64,000 bases of DNA from an uncultured virus (IMG/VR IMGVR_UViG_3300001528_000811) (Duplodnaviria; Heunggongvirae; Uroviricota; Caudoviricetes). Each line of letters starts with the position of its first letter. Position 1 is the first letter of the stretch. Below the pieces are notes generated by a model that did no database searches, was not told where the DNA came from, and worked only from the letters and a program-made list of their open reading frames with translations. The stretch is from IMG/VR virus record IMGVR_UViG_3300001528_000811. One strand, 5' to 3'. Of the stretch, positions 40,838 through 50,863 are shown one piece after another. Position numbers and translations under genes: made by a program.

Positions 40838-41758
40838 ATGACTATAAAAGAAGCAAAAAATAAGAAAATAATTCCAGAAGAATTTAATTTTATTCCAGAC
40901 ATATGTTCTGTATGTGGAAGTGATTTAAATATAAATGAAAATTTAACTATTATGGAATGTTCAAATATCTATTGTTTAGAAAGCGTAATATATCGAGCTG
41001 AACAAATGTTAAAGAATTTTAATATTGTAGGAGTAGGCACTCAGTTTTGTAGGAAATTTTTTAATTTATTTCCAAGTAATCATCATACAACTATTTTGTT
41101 AGCATCTTTAGATAAATTAATATCTGCAGGTGGTGAAGCTCAAGGAACGTCAATATATAAACAAATATTAAATATAGTACGACAAGTTTGGACATTTGAT
41201 GACTTAGTTTCTAAATTAGCGTTACCTAATTTAAATCAAGAAGCTTATAAAATATTTAAGGGTATATATGGTTGGAAAACGTTTAAGTTAGCAGTAGAAC
41301 AAGTTTCAGGTAATATGGAAAATTATTTATTTAATTTAGAAGGTTTCGGAGAAATAAAATCAAAATCTATAGCAAAAACTTTTGAATTATTTGATATCGA
41401 TTTGATAATAGTGGATATGTTATTTAAAAAATATTTAGGAAAAAGAAAAAGTTATAATATTTGTATTACAGGTTTCACAAATTATTACAACATGACAAAG
41501 ACAGAATATATAGATTATTTAAAAAAGATATCAAATGGAATAATTAGTATAGTACAGAAATCTAGTTTTACAAGCGATTGTGATTATTTAATAGCTTCTA
41601 ATAAATATGCAAATTTACCTTCAAATATGTTGAGCATTAAGCATAATCAAGCTTTAGCTCGCGAAAGAAGAACAGGGCAAATGTGTATATTAACCGCAGA
41701 AGAATTTGTTAATTTAATATTAAAAGAAAGGGAGCAATTAAATGGAGAAACAAACTGA
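40838..41758 (+). CDS. ligA: NAD-dependent DNA ligase, C-terminal part (Zn finger + HhH + BRCT)
   Basis: PDICSVCGS...ECSNIYC, NIVGVG, LEGFGEIKSKSI, BRCT-like ICITG...SFTSDCDYLIA. Confidence 0.8.
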   Translation: MTIKEAKNKKIIPEEFNFIPDICSVCGSDLNINENLTIMECSNIYCLESVIYRAEQMLKNFNIVGVGTQFCRKFFNLFPSNHHTTILLASLDKLISAGGEAQGTSIYKQILNIVRQVWTFDDLVSKLALPNLNQEAYKIFKGIYGWKTFKLAVEQVSGNMENYLFNLEGFGEIKSKSIAKTFELFDIDLIIVDMLFKKYLGKRKSYNICITGFTNYYNMTKTEYIDYLKKISNGIISIVQKSSFTSDCDYLIASNKYANLPSNMLSIKHNQALARERRTGQMCILTAEEFVNLILKEREQLNGETN

Positions 41759-44717
41759 TATTTTTAATAGTGCTGAAAAGAGTTCTCAATTAGATATTAT
41801 TAATATAAATGATTTGGATTTAAATAGTACCGAGTTAGATTTAAATTTAACATCTAGTAGTGATAATATATCCATTGATTTGAATATTGATATTATAGAT
41901 GAAAATTTAAATTTAGATATTATTGATTTTAAGCCTATATTAGATTTAGATTTTAATATCCCAGAACAAGAGAATAAAACTTTAGCAATATTTGAAGATA
42001 ATAATAATAATTTAATAAATAATTTAAAAGAACTTGATAAACTTCCATCAAATTTAAAAGATGTAAAAAATTCAGCTTTAAATATTTTAAATAAAAATTA
42101 TACTACAGATGATTTATCAATATGGCAAAATAATATGATTTTCAATGAAAATAAAAAACAAAGAATAACTTTTGATGAATTTAGAAAATCAATTTTAAGT
42201 GCATATGAAAATTTAAAAAATAATATTTATAGTATAAATAATAATATATTATATATTGAAAGTTTGAATAATTCAAATGATTTAAAAGATGCTTTAAAAG
42301 CTTTACAAGGAGATAATCCAAATTTAGAAAATAATTTAATATTAGAAAATATTGTGAATGTTTTGAGTTTATTGGGATTACCAGAAGATTTAATAGTAGA
42401 TTTTCAAGACAGAGTTTTTCAAACTTTAGATTTAGATGCAAGTAGTAAAACAGGAAATTTTTTGCAGAACAGTTTAATAACAGAAATAATAAATGTTGAC
42501 GAAAAAGGTATTTATTCTTACAAGTGTCCGATATGTGGTGAAATTCATAAATCTAAATTTTTTAATATAAATTTAAATAATTTAATAGCAACACCTTCAG
42601 TTTATAATGTATTAGAATTAAAAAAATATCTAACAGCAAATAAAATTAAATGTGTAAACACAAATATAGACCTTGTTATTTCTCCTGAGATTGTATATAA
42701 TTTATTAACTATTATAATGAAAAATAGTATAGGAAATGCATTAAATTTAACACAAATTTTTAAGACTTCAAATAAAAAAGAGAATAATAGGGAATTAGAA
42801 TTAAAAAAAGAAAAAATAGATTTAAGCTTATTGAATAGAAACATATCAGATTGGAATAAAAATGAATTATTATTTTTATCTAAAAATGAAGAGGATTTAT
42901 ACTTAGAAGCCAAAATAGATGTATTAATAAAAAAAATACCTTTGCTGAAAAATGTAAAATTTAAAGATATTTATTCTATATGTAAAAATCCTTTCATAAA
43001 ATATATAGCAAAAGAGGTAGAAGATTTAAGAAAACAAATACAATTATTATCTGTTAATGAATTTGAAATATTTAAATATTTAACAATGATAAAATCAGAT
43101 AGTACACCTGATGCAGTTTATTTAATTGATAGAAATGATAATACATTAAGATTTGATAATTCTTTAAAAAATATTAAAATGTATATATTAGAGTTAATAG
43201 AGAATTTTTTGAAATCTTATATGTCTATGTTTAATAATAAAAATGTTGAGTCCGAACTAAATTCAGAGATAGAGAAATTAAGGAAAGGTTTAGTAGAGAA
43301 AAAAGATTTTGAAATATTATATTTAAAATTAATAAATATAAAAAAAGATTTAAATAATAAAATAAAGTATTTTCAAGAATTGATTATTAAATTTGCATCT
43401 TTTTTAAGTTTAACTGTAAATGAAAATTTAATAGTACCGGATGATGATGTAGATTTATTAAATTTATTTTTAATATTTAATAATGAAAATGATTTTAAAA
43501 AGTTTATGTTAAATGTTGAATATAATTATTTAAAAAGTCTATTATTACAGGATAATTTAGAGTTTATATTATCAACAAAAAATATTTACTTTGAAGAGAA
43601 TTACAAACAAAGAATAAATATATTAAATGATTATATTCATTCTTATAATACGATTTTACGAGAAAATTCTTCAAATTATAATTTATTAAAAACAGGTATT
43701 TTAAAGGAAAAAGATGTATCTTTTTATTTTGTTCATTTAAATAGAAATATAATAAATGATTATGTTAAATCTGTGGGAAAAAATAAATCAAAATTATTTT
43801 ATGATTTTAGTTATAAAAATATGTTTAATATTGAAGAAAATTTAAAAAATCTTTTTATGAATGTTTTTAGTTCGGAGAATGATACTCTGTTGAGTTATAC
43901 AAGAATGTATGATTTAGGAAATTCCATATTTGAGACAAAAAATAATTTTAATGAAATAGGAAATTTGTTAAGTTCAATAATGCCTGAAATACTTTATGAT
44001 ACTTTAGATAAAATAGAAAAAACTATAAATCAAAATTTAGACACTTTACAACAGATGAATGTATTTCATAATCAAAATTTTGATAATATAAAACTTAATG
44101 CATATAATGTTTTAATTGAATATACAAAAGGATTGTTTGATAAATCTTATTTTATTTATGAAGACCCAACAACATTAGGTTATTCTAATGAAGATATAGA
44201 AATATGGGGAAAATTGGAAAATCAACAATCATTGATAAAATTATTGGAATATAATATAAATAATCTAAATAATTTATATTTAAGTGTATTAAATTTAAAA
44301 GAATTATCAAAGAAAAATAACGAGGCTTTATTTGATTTAGAGTTTAATAATATATATGCATTAAGTTTAGAAAATAGTATATTTATATATTTAATAACTT
44401 TTTTAGGCTTATTAAATAGTAAATCAATAAAAGATAATTTTAATAAAAATAATTTATGTATTGATATCAGTGAAGATAAATATGAAAAAATATGGAATAA
44501 TTTAATAAGACCTGTAAATCAAGATTTAAATGAAAAAATAGGTAATAGAGAATTAGGAATATTTTCAAATGTATATATATTATTTTCTATTTTATGTTGT
44601 TTTAATTTAATAGAATTATTTGAAGAAGAATTGAATAAAACGAATTTAAAATTTAGAGATAAAGAATTAGAGAGTAAGATTAGAAAATTAATTATAAAAT
44701 TTTATTCTTCTAATTAA
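41742..44717 (+). CDS. Large hypothetical protein with acidic low-complexity N-terminus and a CPIC Zn-ribbon half
   Basis: 991 aa; QTDIFN, DLDLN-rich N-terminus, YKCPICGE. Confidence 0.75.
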   Translation: MEKQTDIFNSAEKSSQLDIININDLDLNSTELDLNLTSSSDNISIDLNIDIIDENLNLDIIDFKPILDLDFNIPEQENKTLAIFEDNNNNLINNLKELDKLPSNLKDVKNSALNILNKNYTTDDLSIWQNNMIFNENKKQRITFDEFRKSILSAYENLKNNIYSINNNILYIESLNNSNDLKDALKALQGDNPNLENNLILENIVNVLSLLGLPEDLIVDFQDRVFQTLDLDASSKTGNFLQNSLITEIINVDEKGIYSYKCPICGEIHKSKFFNINLNNLIATPSVYNVLELKKYLTANKIKCVNTNIDLVISPEIVYNLLTIIMKNSIGNALNLTQIFKTSNKKENNRELELKKEKIDLSLLNRNISDWNKNELLFLSKNEEDLYLEAKIDVLIKKIPLLKNVKFKDIYSICKNPFIKYIAKEVEDLRKQIQLLSVNEFEIFKYLTMIKSDSTPDAVYLIDRNDNTLRFDNSLKNIKMYILELIENFLKSYMSMFNNKNVESELNSEIEKLRKGLVEKKDFEILYLKLINIKKDLNNKIKYFQELIIKFASFLSLTVNENLIVPDDDVDLLNLFLIFNNENDFKKFMLNVEYNYLKSLLLQDNLEFILSTKNIYFEENYKQRINILNDYIHSYNTILRENSSNYNLLKTGILKEKDVSFYFVHLNRNIINDYVKSVGKNKSKLFYDFSYKNMFNIEENLKNLFMNVFSSENDTLLSYTRMYDLGNSIFETKNNFNEIGNLLSSIMPEILYDTLDKIEKTINQNLDTLQQMNVFHNQNFDNIKLNAYNVLIEYTKGLFDKSYFIYEDPTTLGYSNEDIEIWGKLENQQSLIKLLEYNINNLNNLYLSVLNLKELSKKNNEALFDLEFNNIYALSLENSIFIYLITFLGLLNSKSIKDNFNKNNLCIDISEDKYEKIWNNLIRPVNQDLNEKIGNRELGIFSNVYILFSILCCFNLIELFEEELNKTNLKFRDKELESKIRKLIIKFYSSN

Positions 44718-44792
44718 TATTTAATAAATATCTTTTATAAAATATTTAATATTTTTTACTTAATATATCTTTATATAAAGGAGGTTGGATAT

Positions 44793-45761
44793 GTGTTAAT
44801 ATTTATGAAAACAGCACCTTCAATGATGACAGATTTAGCTATTCAAGAAATTTCAAAAAAATATTATAAAACTAATATAAAAGAAATCTATCCTATTTAT
44901 AAACAATTAAAAGAAAGAAATATTATTGATATAGAAGATTATTTAAATAAAGTTTTAGAATATTTAAAGGACCCTCCTTTTTTGGGAGAATATAAATTAT
45001 TATTATGTTATACTGATAAATTTACAGAATTATATTTTAATAAACTTTTAAATTTAATAATTGAATTCGTAAAAAAAAGAGAAGATAGTAAAAATTATAC
45101 AATAGTAATTTTATCTGAAAATAAAAGATTTTTAACTTTAACAAAAGGCATGTTTTTTTCAGAAATTGAAATTTTAAATATAGGAAATCCACCAGATTGG
45201 TTATTTAATAATTATTTAATAAAACAATTACCTTTAGGTATTAGTACAGGAGCAGCAAGTAAATTAAAAAATAAATTAAAATATAATTTCAATTTATTAG
45301 ATTTTTATATAATGAAACTTCAAACTTTAAATAAATATATTACAGAAATTGATATAAAACAAAATATTAAAATAGATAAACAAGAAAATCTTTTTATATT
45401 AATAAAATATATTTTTGGATATGTTTCATTAGATGTAGTTTTAATTAATATACAAAAATATAAATATGCAAATAAATTCTTATATAAATATATAAATGAA
45501 AAATTAGATTTAATATTGAAATTAAAAAAAGCATATATAAAAGGAGAATTAAATTTATCAAATGCTAATGAATATAAAAAAAGAGAGAATATAGAAGATA
45601 GTGTTGAATTGTATCTTGAACTATTTGTTTTTAAAATCTCTATGAAGTTATTATTTTTTATTAAAAGCATTTTATTAGAATATAAAAATAAGTCTATTTA
45701 TGAATTCCTTTTAATTATGGGTAGTTTTTGGAAGGGAGATTTATATGACAGAAAATGTTGA
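44793..45761 (+). CDS. holA: DNA polymerase III delta (clamp-loader HolA)-like subunit
   Basis: PPFLGEYKLLL, ISTGAASKLKNKLKYNFNLL...MKLQTL...ITEIDIKQNI...ENLFILIKYI follow the delta pattern; ~320 aa. Confidence 0.6.
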   Translation: MLIFMKTAPSMMTDLAIQEISKKYYKTNIKEIYPIYKQLKERNIIDIEDYLNKVLEYLKDPPFLGEYKLLLCYTDKFTELYFNKLLNLIIEFVKKREDSKNYTIVILSENKRFLTLTKGMFFSEIEILNIGNPPDWLFNNYLIKQLPLGISTGAASKLKNKLKYNFNLLDFYIMKLQTLNKYITEIDIKQNIKIDKQENLFILIKYIFGYVSLDVVLINIQKYKYANKFLYKYINEKLDLILKLKKAYIKGELNLSNANEYKKRENIEDSVELYLELFVFKISMKLLFFIKSILLEYKNKSIYEFLLIMGSFWKGDLYDRKC

Positions 45762-46140
45762 AAATATATTAAAAGAATTAAAAAATATAGATACATCAAA
45801 TCCAAAAAATATAGGTTTAATTGGTATTACAAAAGAATTAGATAATACTCCCAAATTAATAATAAAACCTCATAATGAATATGAAATATTATATATTAAA
45901 TCTTTAATAAAAAAATTTAATATTGATAAAAAAGATTTAAATAGTATAGAAGTTTTATTGCAATTAAATAGATCTTTGATAGGTGTGGGGTATTTAGAAT
46001 TTTGTTACGAACATGTAATTAAAATTTTAAATTATAATCCAAATATTAAATTGGGAGTTTTAATTAATAATAAAATAAATGAAATGGAATGGAAACAAAT
46101 TTTAAATTTACCTATGTGTATAAATAAAAAGGAGGTTTAA
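45745..46140 (+). CDS. Hypothetical protein
   Basis: 131-aa ORF, GGGAG SD. Confidence 0.7.
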   Translation: MTENVENILKELKNIDTSNPKNIGLIGITKELDNTPKLIIKPHNEYEILYIKSLIKKFNIDKKDLNSIEVLLQLNRSLIGVGYLEFCYEHVIKILNYNPNIKLGVLINNKINEMEWKQILNLPMCINKKEV

Positions 46141-46141
46141 T

Positions 46142-46543
46142 ATGATTTGTGAATTATTAAATACAGAAGAATTGAAAACAAGTGAAGCTTATAATTATTT
46201 TTTAATATCTCAGAAAAATTATAATGAATTAATAGATAGAGTAGACAATAATGATAATTATAAAAATATATTGAAAGATTTGAAGGATAAAAAACCTTTA
46301 TATGCAGAAGTGCATTTATTAAATTTATTTTTATTTTTAATAATTAATAGATATGTTAATCAGGAAGATAAAGTTTCTAAATTATATATTTTAGAAAATT
46401 TAACAAAACCTTTATGTGAAATGATACCAAATTTAAATGATTTCAAAAATAAGTATGAAAATGATTATAAAAATATGTTAGAAGATTTAATATCTATATA
46501 CTATGAAATTAAAGAAAATTTAAAATTTAAATATGTAGATTAG
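46142..46543 (+). CDS. Hypothetical protein
   Basis: 133-aa ORF, AGGAGG SD. Confidence 0.7.
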   Translation: MICELLNTEELKTSEAYNYFLISQKNYNELIDRVDNNDNYKNILKDLKDKKPLYAEVHLLNLFLFLIINRYVNQEDKVSKLYILENLTKPLCEMIPNLNDFKNKYENDYKNMLEDLISIYYEIKENLKFKYVD

Positions 46544-46554
46544 GAGATTTTACT

Positions 46555-46824
46555 ATGATTGAATTGATAGTATTTATTTTTTTAATGTTTGTTTATATAA
46601 AACCATTTAAAGGTTTAATACCTTTAAGTGATAATGAATATAAAATGTTAAGTTTTCTTTTAAATAATAAAAAAGAAACAGCAGAGTTATTAAAAACAAA
46701 AATAGAGTCAAAAGAAACAAAATCTTCAGATTTATTGGATATTGATACTTTAAATATGTTTGGAGAAGATAAAGAAGATTATTTCGATGTAAATATAAAA
46801 GATATTATGAATATGAAAAAATGA
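46555..46824 (+). CDS. Small protein with N-terminal membrane anchor
   Basis: MIELIVFIFLMFVYIK; AGGAG SD. Confidence 0.65.
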   Translation: MIELIVFIFLMFVYIKPFKGLIPLSDNEYKMLSFLLNNKKETAELLKTKIESKETKSSDLLDIDTLNMFGEDKEDYFDVNIKDIMNMKK

Positions 46825-46837
46825 TGGGAGTTGTATT

Positions 46838-47803
46838 ATGAATATAGTATCTGAGAATGTTAATAAGGATTTATCAAAAGATGAACAAAAATTTAAAAGT
46901 ATGCTAATAAATGAAAAAACATTTGAAACTAACAGTAGAGTTGAAGGTATAGCACTTTTAAGAGCTGTGAAAGAAGCAACAACTTCTACAGGCAGTCCAA
47001 TGGTCAAATTTACTTTTCAAGGTGCAGGAGGTGGGAGCTTTCAGGCGAATATATTTTTAAATTATTTAGAAACAGCAACAGCTTCTTTATACGAAGCTGT
47101 AGGTAAATTAGTAAAAATTTCTGGAGTTGTAAATAAGTTTAATAATGTATTATTATTAAACTTAGATGATAATCCTATAGTATTTAATGATATTGATATA
47201 AAATTATCTGACTTTTTTTTGGAAACACAAAATCTTAAAGAATATATGAATTATATAACGGAGTATTTAGATAGTAAAGCAACTATAGATTATTACATGA
47301 AAACTTGGGTAGAACAGATACATCAGCTTAATATGATTAAATTATTATCTACAAGTGTATTGGATATGAATGTAACTTATAAAGGAGATGCATTAAAACT
47401 TGTAGTAAATATTTTAAAAGATATTGAAAATATAGATATAGAATGTAAAAATTATATTGGTTTATTAACTATATTATATTTTGGATTAGAGCAGTGGTAT
47501 TTTAATTTAAGTGTATCTTCAAAAAAAATATTAACAACAATAGAAATTGATAAAATGAAAAAAATATTTGATTTAATAAATAAAATATATATTCCAACTT
47601 TTGTAAATTATAAAGTAGAAGAGGAGTTAGAACATGTATACTCAGTATTTAATTTTAATAAAAATCCAAAGACTTTAACGGCAAATATTTTAACAATATT
47701 GTATAAAAAAAATTTTGATTTAATAAATGTAGAAAATATTTTTTCTGTTATACGTGATAACTCAGTAAAAGTAATTGATAATAAAGAATATTTAAAACTA
47801 TAG
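46838..47803 (+). CDS. YhaM/Cbf1-like OB-fold protein with degenerate HD domain
   Basis: TTSTGSPMVKFTFQG...VKISGVVNKFNN (OB fold); ELEHVY...PKTLTANIL tail; no HD dyad. Confidence 0.55.
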   Translation: MNIVSENVNKDLSKDEQKFKSMLINEKTFETNSRVEGIALLRAVKEATTSTGSPMVKFTFQGAGGGSFQANIFLNYLETATASLYEAVGKLVKISGVVNKFNNVLLLNLDDNPIVFNDIDIKLSDFFLETQNLKEYMNYITEYLDSKATIDYYMKTWVEQIHQLNMIKLLSTSVLDMNVTYKGDALKLVVNILKDIENIDIECKNYIGLLTILYFGLEQWYFNLSVSSKKILTTIEIDKMKKIFDLINKIYIPTFVNYKVEEELEHVYSVFNFNKNPKTLTANILTILYKKNFDLINVENIFSVIRDNSVKVIDNKEYLKL

Positions 47804-47815
47804 GGGGGTTATTTA

Positions 47816-49120
47816 ATGACAATAATTGAATTAAAAAATGATAAAGATTTCAAACCTTTTTTTGTGGAAGTTCTTTATTATAATACAAATCAAGAATTTT
47901 TAAGCTTAGTGATATGGCAAGATTTTGACCCTACAGAACTGTCATTTAGAGGATATTTAATACAATCTAAAGTAAATGATAATTTATTAAATTTTTTAAA
48001 ATATTTAAAAGAAGATTTAAAGGTAGAATGTAATTACACTATTTTAAATATAGGAAAACAATTTAAAGACTGGGTTAATACATCTTCAAATATTGCAATA
48101 TATTTTGAAGAATATAAAATAAAAAATATAACTGAAGTACTAACGTTAAAATTAAGTATACCTTTTGATGGATACATTTCATTATTACATCCAGCATTAT
48201 ATGATAATGGTTATATTTATGATGAAGAAGAGAATAAGCATCCAATTAAGTTAGTAAGTACATCTAGAAGACATTTAGCTTTAAATGTACAAATTGTAAA
48301 AAATATTAATGATAAGCAAAAACAAATATCTTTAATTTCTTTAATAAATTCAAAAGATAAAGTAAGAAAATTGGAATTGAAGGGTTTTGCAGCAGAAATA
48401 GTTAGTGTCTTAAAATCTGAACCTTCTATAAAAGGTTGGTTTAATCCAAAATTTATAGATAGTAATACAGTAAGTGTAGAAATAAGTACAGTAAATAGCA
48501 TGCCAGGAAATATGTTTTTAGAAGTAGGTGATAATGCATTTAATATTAAGTCTGGATTAGAAAATTTAATAGGTAAGGAAATACTGATAAATATTTTATG
48601 TGATAATTTTTATTTAGATATAAAATATAATACATTACTAGCTATTCGACCTTTATCAGAAGAAACAAATTTTATAAAGAATGATAAAAATAGAATTTCT
48701 GAAGATTTAGGTACAACAGAGTCTTATGTAAATCCAGGAGTAGGTAAAATCTATTCTACACAAATAAGAGAATGGCTATACAAATATGGGATATATTCTG
48801 ATGACAGAGAAATATTGAGTAAAAAGTTTAAATTATTGGAAGAAAGATTAAAAGAAGAAAGAGTTTTAACAGAAAATAAAGTTTTAAATGAATTAGAAAT
48901 ATTTTTAATATTAAATACAATTAATGATGTGATAAAAAGTAATTTAAGTATAGAAATTTTGATAAATCAATGTAAATTAGAATGCTCTAGAGCAACACTT
49001 AATAACATATCTTTGAGAACAGCAATATTGAGAAACTCAATTATAAATTTTTCCAAAAATAAAGAAATAATTAATTGGTCATCTAGTATATCTCCAAAAG
49101 AGGTACATTTTTTATTTTAA
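47816..49120 (+). CDS. Hypothetical protein
   Basis: 434-aa ORF, GGGGGG SD. Confidence 0.75.
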   Translation: MTIIELKNDKDFKPFFVEVLYYNTNQEFLSLVIWQDFDPTELSFRGYLIQSKVNDNLLNFLKYLKEDLKVECNYTILNIGKQFKDWVNTSSNIAIYFEEYKIKNITEVLTLKLSIPFDGYISLLHPALYDNGYIYDEEENKHPIKLVSTSRRHLALNVQIVKNINDKQKQISLISLINSKDKVRKLELKGFAAEIVSVLKSEPSIKGWFNPKFIDSNTVSVEISTVNSMPGNMFLEVGDNAFNIKSGLENLIGKEILINILCDNFYLDIKYNTLLAIRPLSEETNFIKNDKNRISEDLGTTESYVNPGVGKIYSTQIREWLYKYGIYSDDREILSKKFKLLEERLKEERVLTENKVLNELEIFLILNTINDVIKSNLSIEILINQCKLECSRATLNNISLRTAILRNSIINFSKNKEIINWSSSISPKEVHFLF

Positions 49121-49132
49121 GGAGATGATTTT

Positions 49133-50071
49133 TTGAAAAATTTATTAGAAAAAATTAGTAATGATTTACACACTTATAAAGTAATATATAATGGAAAAAT
49201 GTTGACGACAGTTAAATTTGTAAACGGAAGTATTAAAGTATTAAATGAAAACATATCATTTAATATTAATAAAGATTTTTCTAAATTGTTTCAATTGTCT
49301 GAAGTAAGGACTTTGGAAGATGCTTTAGACTCAACTTTTGGTATAGAAGAATTAAATATAAGTAGTGATTATTATGATTTTGCATTATCTACTTATAACA
49401 GAGTTATTGTGATAACTAAAAAATGTTTATTAGAGCAAAATACATCAAAAAGTGAATTTGTAAAATTTGTAACAAGATATCATTTTTTATATTCTTTTTT
49501 GAATTATCAAAATAATATGGGTAACACATATTTTAATGGTAACCCTATGTTACAATTTAAAAAAATTGAAGATTTAAAAAATGATTTTTTTGTGATACCT
49601 AATAGAATAGGAAATTTAAATATATTTAATTTTAAATATGATGCAGATATAAATGATTATGTATTGTTTAAAAATGATAAAGAATTTTGTAAAATAAAAC
49701 CTTTTAATTATAGCCCAAATATAAATTATATTGGTGATTTTGATGGAGTTTATTCTTTCAGAAAAAATAATTTAAGTTTAATACGAGAAGTGAAAAATTT
49801 AAGTGAGATAGAGGAAGAATTAGCTTTAATAATCGCAAATATACAATTTATAGATTTTGAAGAAGTTTATGATTTCACACTTATATTAACTAAAATTTTT
49901 AATATTTTTTTAGAAGATAGAATGGAGTCTATGAATTCAGTTGGCTTTTTACATTATTTATATTTGCAGTTATTAACAAATGTAGCATTAAATAAATTAA
50001 CATTAGATAATAAAGGGGAGATAATACTTGATACAATCAAAGTTCTTAACACAAATACAGATGATAAATAA
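49133..50071 (+). CDS. Hypothetical protein
   Basis: 312-aa ORF, TTG start after AAGGAG. Confidence 0.7.
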   Translation: MKNLLEKISNDLHTYKVIYNGKMLTTVKFVNGSIKVLNENISFNINKDFSKLFQLSEVRTLEDALDSTFGIEELNISSDYYDFALSTYNRVIVITKKCLLEQNTSKSEFVKFVTRYHFLYSFLNYQNNMGNTYFNGNPMLQFKKIEDLKNDFFVIPNRIGNLNIFNFKYDADINDYVLFKNDKEFCKIKPFNYSPNINYIGDFDGVYSFRKNNLSLIREVKNLSEIEEELALIIANIQFIDFEEVYDFTLILTKIFNIFLEDRMESMNSVGFLHYLYLQLLTNVALNKLTLDNKGEIILDTIKVLNTNTDDK

Positions 50072-50852
50072 TTTGTATTTAGATAAATTATATAATCTAA
50101 ATAAGAATAAATATAATAAATTATTTAAAGAAGTATTTAAACAAACTATTTCAGAATTTGAAAAAGCTTTAAAAAAAAGTACTTATAAATGGGATGTATA
50201 TTTTATTAGTAAAAAAATATCAGATTTAATAAAATATAATTTTAAATCAGATAAGAAAATATATAAAGAAATAGAAGAAAATTTAAATAATATAGAAATT
50301 TTAAAACAATTATTGGAAGAATTGTTTTTTAATAATATTTATATAGCTGATACTATAGAAGTAAAAAATAATAGCTTAAAACATTTTTTAGCATTGACTC
50401 CAGATGATAAATGGATTATAGATGAAAATAGTTTTTCATTAATAAATGAGAATTTAATATCTTCTATTATCTCTATGTTACAAAATAAAGATATATTAGA
50501 AAACTATGTTGATAATTTGATGATAGGAAATGGTTATGATGATGCTAATCGCATAGCTTTAATTTTAAAGGTCAAAGAGTCTTTTAAATTTGATAGTATC
50601 CCAAAATTTAAAAAATATAAAAAAATTTTAGATTTACAAGAATATCCTATAACTGTAATGTTAGGTGACTCTTTTATAACAAATAAATTAATATTTCAAG
50701 AAGATGAAAATAGTATATATCAATTTAATATATCAAATGAACTTTTAGATACTTTAATCGAAATGTATGATAATAGTGAGTTGATATTTAAAGATAATAA
50801 ATTTTTTATAAGGGATAAAAGTTTAGTTGAAGTCTTTAATGCTATTGGATAA
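50028..50852 (+). CDS. Hypothetical protein
   Basis: 274-aa ORF, TTG start after AAGGGGAG. Confidence 0.7.
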   Translation: MIQSKFLTQIQMINNLYLDKLYNLNKNKYNKLFKEVFKQTISEFEKALKKSTYKWDVYFISKKISDLIKYNFKSDKKIYKEIEENLNNIEILKQLLEELFFNNIYIADTIEVKNNSLKHFLALTPDDKWIIDENSFSLINENLISSIISMLQNKDILENYVDNLMIGNGYDDANRIALILKVKESFKFDSIPKFKKYKKILDLQEYPITVMLGDSFITNKLIFQEDENSIYQFNISNELLDTLIEMYDNSELIFKDNKFFIRDKSLVEVFNAIG

Positions 50853-50863
50853 GGAGATATATT

